A stretch of 64,000 nt of DNA from an uncultured Acidobacteriota bacterium (GTDB lineage: Bacteria; Acidobacteriota; Blastocatellia; Pyrinomonadales; Pyrinomonadaceae): positions 337,341 to 401,340 of the forward strand of contig CAVTGZ010000003.1 in assembly GCA_963734445.1 (NCBI GenBank). Reading direction: 5' to 3'. The notes under the pieces are model-generated. The model was not told the origin of the DNA. It ran no database searches and saw only the letters and a list, made by a program, of their open reading frames with translations. The translations under genes were made by a program, and so were the position numbers. Below, piece after piece: positions 57,901 to 64,000 of this stretch; position 1 is the first letter of the stretch, and the number at the start of each line of letters is the position of its first letter.

Positions 57901-58713
57901 GTGCCGCAGAAAACCAAAAATGTTACCTCGAAAATCGTTGGTGCCGCTTTTGGTGACGACGTTGACAATTCCACCTGTAGCTCGGCCAAACTCTGGAGCG
58001 TACGAGTTGGTGGCGACCTGGTATTCCTGCACAGCTTCCTGACTCACCGTTGAGCGAGACGCGTTGATCGAATTGTCGGTATAGTCGGCTCCATCAACCT
58101 GTACCAGCGTCGAGCGTCCGCGCTGACCACCGATGTTCAAACCCGACGTGGGTGCGGGTCCAATCGGACGGCCGTTGTCGCGGCCAACGGTCGAAAGAGT
58201 TAAGGCAAAGCCAGTGGCACTTCGCTCGTTGATTGGCAAACTATTGACCCGCTGTTGGTCTATGGTTGAAGAGACTGCCGTGCTTGATGATTCGATCAGA
58301 TTGGTCGAGCCGCCGCTAACCGTAACCGTTGCGGTTACATCACCGACTTCCAAGGGAATGTCCTGGGTCGCGGTCTGTCCAACCGTGAGCGTCAAGCTGT
58401 GTATCACCGCCGTCTTGTAATTAGAAGCCTTGACCGTAATCTCATATTCTCCCGGCGGCAGGCTCACGATCTTGAAGTAGCCGTCCTCGTTGGTCGTCGC
58501 TTCGCGCGAAAGGTTGGTGCCGAGATTGCGCGCAGTGACGTTCGCGTTGACGACCGCGGCGCCATTCGGATCATGAATCGTACCCTGCAAGTCAGCAGCG
58601 TTCGACTGGGCCTGTGCCATAACCGCGCTTACGCATACAAGCACTGCCAGGCAAGCGAACAGACCTCGCGTCAATGTCTTAAACCAAGGGCTGAGGGACC
58701 GAAACATCTTCAT
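54931..58713 (-). CDS. TonB-dependent receptor with N-terminal carboxypeptidase-regulatory-like domain
   Basis: Signal peptide. GTIHDPNGAAVVNANVTARNLGTNLSREATTNEDGYFKIVSLPPGEYEITV, a plug-like NIGGQRGRSTLVQVDGADYTDN, and C-terminal ...FQFGLKLNF. Confidence 0.9.
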   Translation of the reverse strand: MKMFRSLSPWFKTLTRGLFACLAVLVCVSAVMAQAQSNAADLQGTIHDPNGAAVVNANVTARNLGTNLSREATTNEDGYFKIVSLPPGEYEITVKASNYKTAVIHSLTLTVGQTATQDIPLEVGDVTATVTVSGGSTNLIESSSTAVSSTIDQQRVNSLPINERSATGFALTLSTVGRDNGRPIGPAPTSGLNIGGQRGRSTLVQVDGADYTDNSINASRSTVSQEAVQEYQVATNSYAPEFGRATGGIVNVVTKSGTNDFRGNIFGFLRHKSIQARNAFAPLIDNDPGKKPGFTRGQYGGTIGGPIVKDRTFFFASFEQRRRQESGFFTSDVGAGLTSSVTIGAPFLPFTNVYNNLTAAQATFITGELASGDPARIARAISYATFASSGGQIALSGVSALRSPGGAIPAGQIIGGRFFISGAPIPSLANNLILPNFVTVNAAGQPIAFRPLASLSRIFPISESTSYFSTRVDHQINRKNNLTLRVGYNPSDLSGIQDESQNQTVGQNDFSRTGIQTLRDLSFVGSLASTLSNHLVNEARFNFGRRKATFDSQIPGAAIQVIGAAFMGSNPFSPVNRTEKRYQFTDSLNYLRGNHTFKFGGDVNFIDVGARFELNFPGLFNFGGVAASTLANFITGLPLTAPAITPVQSYGLGFPSAYIQGFGDPNSSIKNRPLAFFAQDSWKVRPNFTFNYGVRYDVELTDTIAPIGFTDPLTRINLSPADLLAAQEAVRVQQGFPRDTNNFAPRVGFAWDIQGNGKTVIRGAYGIFYDHPLLAVAFNSDIADAAQQQQYFNVLPGSPAPNQTINLLQIFQGTVCSTATQNALCPAGLTTPGVATTAQYLPGRVRFNDQTFVGFGPLFPFTLAVAKDFEYAYANQANFTIERQLTTNMSISGSYIFVGAHHLPHPQDINAPRTDFLIENFRRFAGAPPPSSSAAEFFSLPTACPGAGCPPGFVVIIPGMVGINALGQGVISPVVANYFRPNGPNYFFAASASGGAVTKAVLDAALAAAHTLRTPGLISPFGEVDAQLSDANSNYNALNLELKRRFANNFTFLASYTWSHSIDDSSDLQTLLKPQDNRNFRAERADSLFDQRHRFVFSGALTSPVAWRSEPGVRRFFADFTLAPILEISSGRPFNILTGSDSNGDLQSSNDRPSIAADGTLFIPTTAFTPGSLGRNMGITHGFASLDLRLMRTVRIGERLRLDVIAEGFNLFNRFNEAAASPLFSDVNTFAQRSSNGRYYSRPTAAYDPRQFQFGLKLNF

Positions 58714-59034
58714 TTCTCCTTTTTTTGATTACTTATAAACCGCGCAGCGAACTCTCCGACTCAAACACAAAATTGTACGTGAGCACGATTAAAGTTGCCG
58801 GCTGATACCGATCGTGAGGTGCCAACCAAAAACCGCGAACGATTACCTGGTCGGCGTTTCGTTATGAACCGTGTCCTGGCTACCAACTTACCTTGAGACG
58901 CACGCAGTTTGTACCCTAAATCCAGTCGTGAGGCAAGAAGTATTGACTATAAGTACTGGTTCGGTTTGATGTAACACAAGCTTTAGCTTGTCAATGTTGA
59001 GAAGAAACAAACTTCAAGTCTGCGATAACTTACC

Positions 59035-59283
59035 AGCTGCGAAGCAGCGGCCAAAAGCTAAGCCCAAGGCGGGGCTTTGTGAGCCTTGGGTGAAGGTAGC
59101 AGAATCTGTCAGAGCCGCGGAGCGGCGACCGGCCTGCTAACGGACTGTTCGTAATCGGCTCAAAGGTTCGATGAATTGACGTTCTCTGGCGCCGCTCCGC
59201 GGGCTCTGAATAATTGTTGGGCGCGTGACCCCAGGGCTCGCCAAGCCTCACCCTGAGCTTAGCTCTGGCGCTGCTTCGCAGCT
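59035..59283. repeat. 249-nt imperfect palindrome (family J), potential long hairpin/MITE
   Basis: Outer arms AGCTGCGAAGCAGCGGCCAAAAGCTAAGC / GCTTAGCTCTGGCGCTGCTTCGCAGCT. Inner arms TCAGAGCCGCGGAGCGGCG (59109..59127) / CGCCGCTCCGCGGGCTCTGA (59190..59209). Confidence 0.75.
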
Positions 59284-59341
59284 AGTTGAAGGCTCAGATC
59301 CTTCTCGCCTTGGGGCGATTGCCGAGCTGGTTACGGTCACG

Positions 59342-60598
59342 TCAGCTGCTTTCTAGTTCTGCCGGCGTCGTTCCAGATCGAGGCGACACAGTCAATTCAC
59401 CAGGTGAAGTTGTGGTACTGGCCGCTCCACGCGTCGCCCGCGCCAGCCGGCGCCGCGAACTCTCACTCAATGCGAAAAGTGAAATCGCGATTTCCGCCAG
59501 GCCCGGAATAAAAGCGGCTCGCCGCATCAGTGAGCAAACTCTTAAGCGCGCATCGAAGGCGCTTCTGTATGCGGAAAGATAATTGGTTTTTAAGTCTGCC
59601 AACGTCCTGAAATTTCCCTGCGGCTCCAAATATTCTGAGATTACCTCGCCTGCCAATTCGCCGCTCTGCAAAGCCATCAACATGCCACTGCCGGTGAAGG
59701 GATCGATGAAAGAAGCTGCGTCACCAATGGCTATGATCCCTTTTGCGGGCGCGACGTCATGACGGCCAAAACCTTCCAGCGAAACGGCGAGCCACGGCGA
59801 CTGAGTGCGGGCCGGTTGAAGCGTTTCGCGGGCGCGGCTATTCTGCCAAACGATTTGACGTACGACGCGATCGGCATCGGCGCCGCACGCACGCACGTCG
59901 CGCGCGGAAGCGATGAAGCAGAGATTGCTGAGCCCGTCTTCGATGCTGCTCAAGCCGCCGTACCCGCCCCGATAGAAATAGATCTCGCATGCGCCCGGTG
60001 CGACCTTTGTGTTTTGCAGGTGCGCCTTGAAGGCGACCATCGGCGCCCGCTGGGACCGCTTCGTTTTCGCGTTTGGCTCAGCGTGACGCGCGAGCGTTCG
60101 CGACCGGCCCGTGGCGTCCACGACAATTGGCGCACGATAAGTAGCGTGACCTCTCTGCGTCTTAATGTTCACGCCGCAGACGACTTTGTTTTCAAACAGC
60201 AGTTCATTGACGTGCGCCTCTTCAATGACGTCGGCGCCGGCCGCAGCCGCGCGGCGCAACAACCGCTCGTCCATCTCTGCTCGGCTCAGCCCCAAAGCCA
60301 GGCCTGAAGATCCAAACCACGAACTGGGCACGCTGACGCGACGCCCTCGACGGGAATAAAAAACGGTTTCGGTCAATTCTGCTGGATGCGCAGCGAACAT
60401 CTGATCGGCAATCTTCAGTCGTTCGAAGAGCGACGCACACTCGGGAGATATGAACTCGCCACAAAGCTTCGGGCGGGGAAATTTCTTCTGCTCAGCCAAC
60501 AGGACACGCGCCCCTCGCGTCGCCAGACGAATTGCGGCGCTGGCTCCGGCGGGTCCGCCACCGGCGATGATGACGTCGTAGTTGAAAGAGACAGACAT
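59342..60598 (-). CDS. FAD-dependent oxidoreductase, geranylgeranyl-reductase family
   Basis: YDVIIAGGGPAGASAAIRLATRGARVLLAEQKKFPRPKLCGEFISPE, and GDAASFIDPFTGSGM. Confidence 0.8.
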   Translation of the reverse strand: MSVSFNYDVIIAGGGPAGASAAIRLATRGARVLLAEQKKFPRPKLCGEFISPECASLFERLKIADQMFAAHPAELTETVFYSRRGRRVSVPSSWFGSSGLALGLSRAEMDERLLRRAAAAGADVIEEAHVNELLFENKVVCGVNIKTQRGHATYRAPIVVDATGRSRTLARHAEPNAKTKRSQRAPMVAFKAHLQNTKVAPGACEIYFYRGGYGGLSSIEDGLSNLCFIASARDVRACGADADRVVRQIVWQNSRARETLQPARTQSPWLAVSLEGFGRHDVAPAKGIIAIGDAASFIDPFTGSGMLMALQSGELAGEVISEYLEPQGNFRTLADLKTNYLSAYRSAFDARLRVCSLMRRAAFIPGLAEIAISLFALSESSRRRLARATRGAASTTTSPGELTVSPRSGTTPAELESS

Positions 60599-60605
60599 CG
60601 ATAAC

Positions 60606-60681
60606 AGGCGTTAGAGTACCAACTTCAGTTGGGCTCGGCGTTTAGGAAAAGACCCGTCTAAAGTTCGGTACTAACACCGCC
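60606..60681. repeat. Family C element C2
   Basis: AGGCGTTAGAGTACCAACTTCAGTTGGGC ... GACCCGTCTAAAGTTCGGTACTAACACCGCC (inverted units). Confidence 0.65.
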
Positions 60682-60774
60682 ATTCTCGCGATCTAAAAAT
60701 TTCAAGAAGCCCTTCCAAGCTGAATCAACGCGAAGGGCTGTTTTAAGTCGGGCTACTGCCCGACCCGAGCGCCC

Positions 60775-61497
60775 CTAAACCTTGCTATTACTATTCCCAC
60801 TCAAGATCAAGCGCGCCGGAAAATGTTTTTCGACTTTCAGCTTAGCCAGGCCGGCCTGGCGGCCGAGTGCTTCCAGTTCTCCCGGAGTCCAGCTCTTCAA
60901 AATCGATAAGGCTCCGTCCTCACGAAGCAAACGATTGTGCAAGAACAGGCGTCCGATCGTCGTGTAGAAGTAATAGGCGACGGGACTCCGCTCGAGGTCG
61001 ATAACGAAAATCCCTCGGGCCGCGACGCGCGCCATCTCGCGCAGAATGGAGGTCGCTCCGTCGTTATCAAAATGATGCAGGGTGAGCGATTGAATCGCAT
61101 AGTCGAAGCAGTTGTCGGCGAAGGGCAGCCGAAACCCGTCGCCCTGCACTGACGCAATCTCAGGAGAGTCGCCGGATTCATCAATGATCGCCCGCGCCGA
61201 TCTCTTGTTGAGCTCCAGGCCCACGAACCGTGCGCTGCGATTCCTTTCGCGGGCCCACTTGGCGGCCACTCGTAATAACTCGCCGGAACCGGCTCCCACG
61301 TCGAGCACTGAAAATGATTGCAGCTCCGCACGCTCAATCTCTTTCAACAGTGAATCGCGCAACGCATCGGCGTCACCCAACCATTCGTTAACGCGGCGCA
61401 GCTCGACCAGACAACCTTCGTACTCTTCGGCTGTGTAAGTCCCCTTGTCTAGATTCTCAGGTTCAAGACTGCGCTGGCGAAATTTGGCGAGCATCAC
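60775..61497 (-). CDS. class I SAM-dependent methyltransferase
   Basis: VLDVGAGSGELLRVAAKWA motif I and FVGLELN. About 240 aa. Confidence 0.8.
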   Translation of the reverse strand: MMLAKFRQRSLEPENLDKGTYTAEEYEGCLVELRRVNEWLGDADALRDSLLKEIERAELQSFSVLDVGAGSGELLRVAAKWARERNRSARFVGLELNKRSARAIIDESGDSPEIASVQGDGFRLPFADNCFDYAIQSLTLHHFDNDGATSILREMARVAARGIFVIDLERSPVAYYFYTTIGRLFLHNRLLREDGALSILKSWTPGELEALGRQAGLAKLKVEKHFPARLILSGNSNSKV

Positions 61498-61500
61498 AGA

Positions 61501-61575
61501 GTGAATCGTGAATCGTAAATCGTAAATCGTGAATAGACGAGGTTGTCTATTTACTGTTTACGATTCACCATTTAC
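61501..61575. repeat. Family B hairpin built from tandem heptads (GTGAATC GTGAATC GTAAATC GTAAATC GTGAATA / TATTTAC TGTTTAC GATTCAC CATTTAC)
   Basis: Five direct heptads, a 12-nt loop, then four complementary heptads. It fills the KAS-methyltransferase intergenic gap and overlaps the KAS stop codon. Confidence 0.8.
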
Positions 61576-62840
61576 GGCTTTCTAATCACCAACGCGCTGT
61601 TCTTCGATCCAAAGCCAATGCAATTGCAGAGCGCCGTGCGCACTTCGGCTTCACGCGATTCGAGGGGCACATAGTCGAGGTCGCAATCGGGATCGGGTTC
61701 GTCAAGATTGATCGTCGCGGGGATCACGCCAGTCGTCATGGCGCACAAGGCGGCCCCCAAACCCGCCGCCCCGCTGGCGCCCTGCGGATGTCCGATCTGC
61801 GATTTCGTTGCGGACATCGGAATCCGGTCGGAGCTGCAGTTAAGCGCCAGCTTGAGCGCGTTGGTTTCGATGCGATCATTTAGGAGGGTGGACGTTCCGT
61901 GCAGGTTTACGTAATCGATATCGGCCGGCGTCACACCCGCATCGGCCATCGCCAGGCCCATCGCGCGCGCCGGTTCGTCGCCGCCTTCCTGCAAACGCAC
62001 GCGATGATAGGCGTCGCAGGTAGAGCCGTAGCCAATGATCTCCGCGTAGATGTTCGCGCCGCGTTTACTGGCACGCTCGAACTCTTCCAGCACGTACATC
62101 CAGGCCCCCTCGCCCAGCACCATACCGGAACGATTGCGCGTGAACGGCCGCGAGGCGTGCTCAGGATCATCATTCCAATCGGTGGTTAGGACGGTCAGCA
62201 GATTGAAGCCGGCGAGAATCCCTGGCGCGAGCGGCGCATCAACCCCTCCGGCCAGCATCACTTCCTGACGCCCCAGGGCCACATGCTGCGCGGCATAAGC
62301 AATCGCATCGGTTGAGCTGGTGCATCCCGTCGAAATCACATGCGAAAGGCCGCGTAGTCCAAAGGCCATCGAAAGCTCGCTCGACAATGTGCCATGCGTG
62401 GCGGCCGGAATAATGTAGACGCTGGCTTTCGCGTGCGAGCCGCCGTTGTACCAGATAGCGTAGTGATCTTCGACGAAAGGTAAGCCGCCGCCGCCGGTCC
62501 CCAACTCGACGCCGATCTGCTGCCGCTCTTCCAACGAAAGATTGTCGGTAGCAATGCCGGCATCTGCGAACGCCTCGCGCGCGGCGCCCAGGGCCAACGG
62601 CACCGTGCGGGGAACGTGTTTGCGGTCCTTGGCGTTCAGTTGTGATTGCCAGTCAAAATCGCGCACTTCAGCCGCAATCTTGACCGGCGAAGCGGTGACG
62701 TCGAACGACTCGATTCGACGGACGCCGCTCTCACCGTGTTGCAGCGCTGACCAGAAAGCCGCGCGCGTATTGCCAATCGGGGTTACGCAGCCCATCCCGG
62801 TGATGACAACGCGTCGAGGAGTCTTGAAGCTATTCAGCAT
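61572..62840 (-). CDS. beta-ketoacyl-ACP synthase (KAS I/II, FabF-like)
   Basis: RRVVITGMGCVTPIG, active-site ISTGCTSSTDA, CDAYH, and NLHGTSTLLND. Confidence 0.9.
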   Translation of the reverse strand: MLNSFKTPRRVVITGMGCVTPIGNTRAAFWSALQHGESGVRRIESFDVTASPVKIAAEVRDFDWQSQLNAKDRKHVPRTVPLALGAAREAFADAGIATDNLSLEERQQIGVELGTGGGGLPFVEDHYAIWYNGGSHAKASVYIIPAATHGTLSSELSMAFGLRGLSHVISTGCTSSTDAIAYAAQHVALGRQEVMLAGGVDAPLAPGILAGFNLLTVLTTDWNDDPEHASRPFTRNRSGMVLGEGAWMYVLEEFERASKRGANIYAEIIGYGSTCDAYHRVRLQEGGDEPARAMGLAMADAGVTPADIDYVNLHGTSTLLNDRIETNALKLALNCSSDRIPMSATKSQIGHPQGASGAAGLGAALCAMTTGVIPATINLDEPDPDCDLDYVPLESREAEVRTALCNCIGFGSKNSALVIRKP

Positions 62841-62943
62841 CAAACGGATTCCCAACTCGTCTTAAATCAACAGAAGGATAACACCCGCTTTTGGGCGTGA
62901 CTATTGTCAGCTCCGATCCCAGATCGGGCCAGAGAGTCGTCTA

Positions 62944-63384
62944 TCATTCTGCTTCCAGGTTCTCGACGTCCGCCAAATCCTGAAGGCGCGCCGCCGTTTT
63001 CTTATTGCGGATCAGGTGGTGACGAGAAATGACGAAAGCGGGAATACCACCAAAGCCGGCGGAGAACCGGTCTGGCCATGCCTCGTCAAAATCTACGCCA
63101 TCGATGTGCGTAATGACATCGATCCTCAGGGGGGGAACACCAATTTGGAAAATGGTTCCGGGTTTGGTCAGGTCATCGACAGTCAGATCAGCGAGAGGTG
63201 CGCCAAAATCCGTAAGCGCAGAGATGACTCGGCGCGCATTATCCTCGCGGGGCCTGACCCAAATATCTAGATCTTTGGTCGCGCGCACATGGCCATAGGC
63301 AGCCAACGCGTGTGCGCCTACCACCAGGTACTCAACCTTGTGCGCGTTGAAGGCGCGTAACAGTTCTTTGAAGTCTGGGTTCAC
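62944..63384 (-). CDS. nucleotidyltransferase-fold protein (MNT/AbiEii-like, putative toxin)
   Basis: GTG start. FKELLRAFNAHKVEYLVVGAHALAAYGHVRATKDLDIWV. Confidence 0.55.
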   Translation of the reverse strand: MNPDFKELLRAFNAHKVEYLVVGAHALAAYGHVRATKDLDIWVRPREDNARRVISALTDFGAPLADLTVDDLTKPGTIFQIGVPPLRIDVITHIDGVDFDEAWPDRFSAGFGGIPAFVISRHHLIRNKKTAARLQDLADVENLEAE

Positions 63385-63574
63385 CAGTCAGATGATCTTT
63401 CCATGCAAGACAAAGCTCAGTCAGCGTCCAGACGCCTTCGATACGCGCTTCCGGGGAAGCAACCGACCAGTCTTTTTCAGCCGGCTCGGAATGCGCTGCG
63501 CGAACGACTCTTACGCTGATTTCTTTAGGATCTCGGCTATCGACCATTGATGGAATTATAACATGCGAGCTCAT
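63332..63574 (-). CDS. small partner protein of the nucleotidyltransferase (putative antitoxin)
   Basis: From ATG 63574 (MSSHVIIP...). Its 3-prime end overlaps the next gene by 53 nt. No family recognised. Confidence 0.4.
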   Translation of the reverse strand: MSSHVIIPSMVDSRDPKEISVRVVRAAHSEPAEKDWSVASPEARIEGVWTLTELCLAWKDHLTGEPRLQRTVTRLQRAQG

Positions 63575-63654
63575 GGACACTTCGTAGTCCAAAGAAAAGA
63601 CCGGACCTATTTCAGCATCCGGCCTCTGCGGAAATCGAAAACGCGCGTCCGCGC

Positions 63655-64000
63655 TTATTCCATCTTGGTTCCGCACTCGTTACAGAACTTAGCTCCCGGC
63701 GGCAACTCAGCCTGGCATTTAGAACACTTCGTCGGCACTTGCGACGTTCCGCAATCACTACAGAATTTTGCGCCGGCCTGCAGAGACGTGCCGCACTTAA
63801 TGCACTTTTGGGTTGACGGCGCTGCCGCCGGTTCAGTGGTTCCACCCGGCCGCATGGCGTTACTCATCGCTCCGGCCATCGCATTGCCTACGGCGAATCC
63901 CGCGCCCAGTCCGGCTCCCAAACCCGCGCCGCCTGAAGGATTTTGGGCGGCGTCACGCATTGCCTGCGCGGCTTCGAACTGGGTGTACTTACCCATGTCG
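63655..64000 (-). CDS. C-terminal part of an SPFH/virion-core-like protein with Gly-rich linker and double zinc ribbon (probably continues beyond the window)
   Basis: KCIKCGTSLQAGAKFCSDCG and KCSKCQAELPPGAKFCNECG. The frame stays open to the right edge. Confidence 0.55.
   Translation of the reverse strand, partial: DMGKYTQFEAAQAMRDAAQNPSGGAGLGAGLGAGFAVGNAMAGAMSNAMRPGGTTEPAAAPSTQKCIKCGTSLQAGAKFCSDCGTSQVPTKCSKCQAELPPGAKFCNECGTKME

Noticed and set aside
59150-59180. GGTTCGATGAAT, looked at as a possible tRNA T-loop
   Set aside because: No acceptor, D or anticodon arms can be drawn around it, and it lies in the core of palindrome J. No other tRNA-like sequence was seen in the window.
59030-59251. 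73-aa ORF inside the 249-nt palindrome
   Set aside because: It is an artefact of the palindromic repeat J.

Overview
This 64-kb window looks like a chromosomal segment from a GC-rich soil-type bacterium. It is most plausibly Acidobacteriota, an inference from two TIGR03436-type VWA proteins, a 1260-aa CarboxypepD_reg-type TonB-dependent receptor and the small-repeat vocabulary. All family assignments were recognised by eye; nothing was searched. I support about 53 protein-coding genes. Housekeeping and metabolism: citrate synthase, NAD-malic enzyme, cysteine synthase, AsnA, MsrA, protoporphyrinogen oxidase, feoAB, a P-type ATPase, an MFS pump, two MDR dehydrogenases, an acyl-CoA dehydrogenase and a KAS-methyltransferase-flavoprotein operon. 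Signalling: a cNMP/DUF1003 protein, an orphan receiver, a large Ser/Thr kinase and two tandem-USP proteins. Envelope and secreted: S46 peptidase, tandem PA-IL-like lectin, VWA paralogs, TonB-dependent receptor and a FecR-like protein. There is also a six-gene cluster whose core is a four-subunit benzoyl-CoA-reductase-like enzyme (two HgdA/B-type subunits plus two BcrAD/BadFG-type ATPases). The accessory content is an apparently lower-GC islet at about 22.3-25.3 kb, carrying an orphan UvrD-like helicase and a translationally coupled three-gene hicAB-like module, plus a nucleotidyltransferase pair near the right edge. Three things stand out. (1) A 153-nt member of a small repeat family is inserted in frame, flanked by a 6-bp direct repeat, inside the acyl-CoA dehydrogenase gene. 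(2) The intergenic DNA is crowded with at least nine distinct families of hairpin or MITE-like repeats, several of them sitting between genes of one operon. (3) Five otherwise conserved genes are each broken by what looks like one extra base, always in the +1 direction, which suggests assembly error rather than biology. I saw no rRNA, tRNA, CRISPR array, integrase or transposase.
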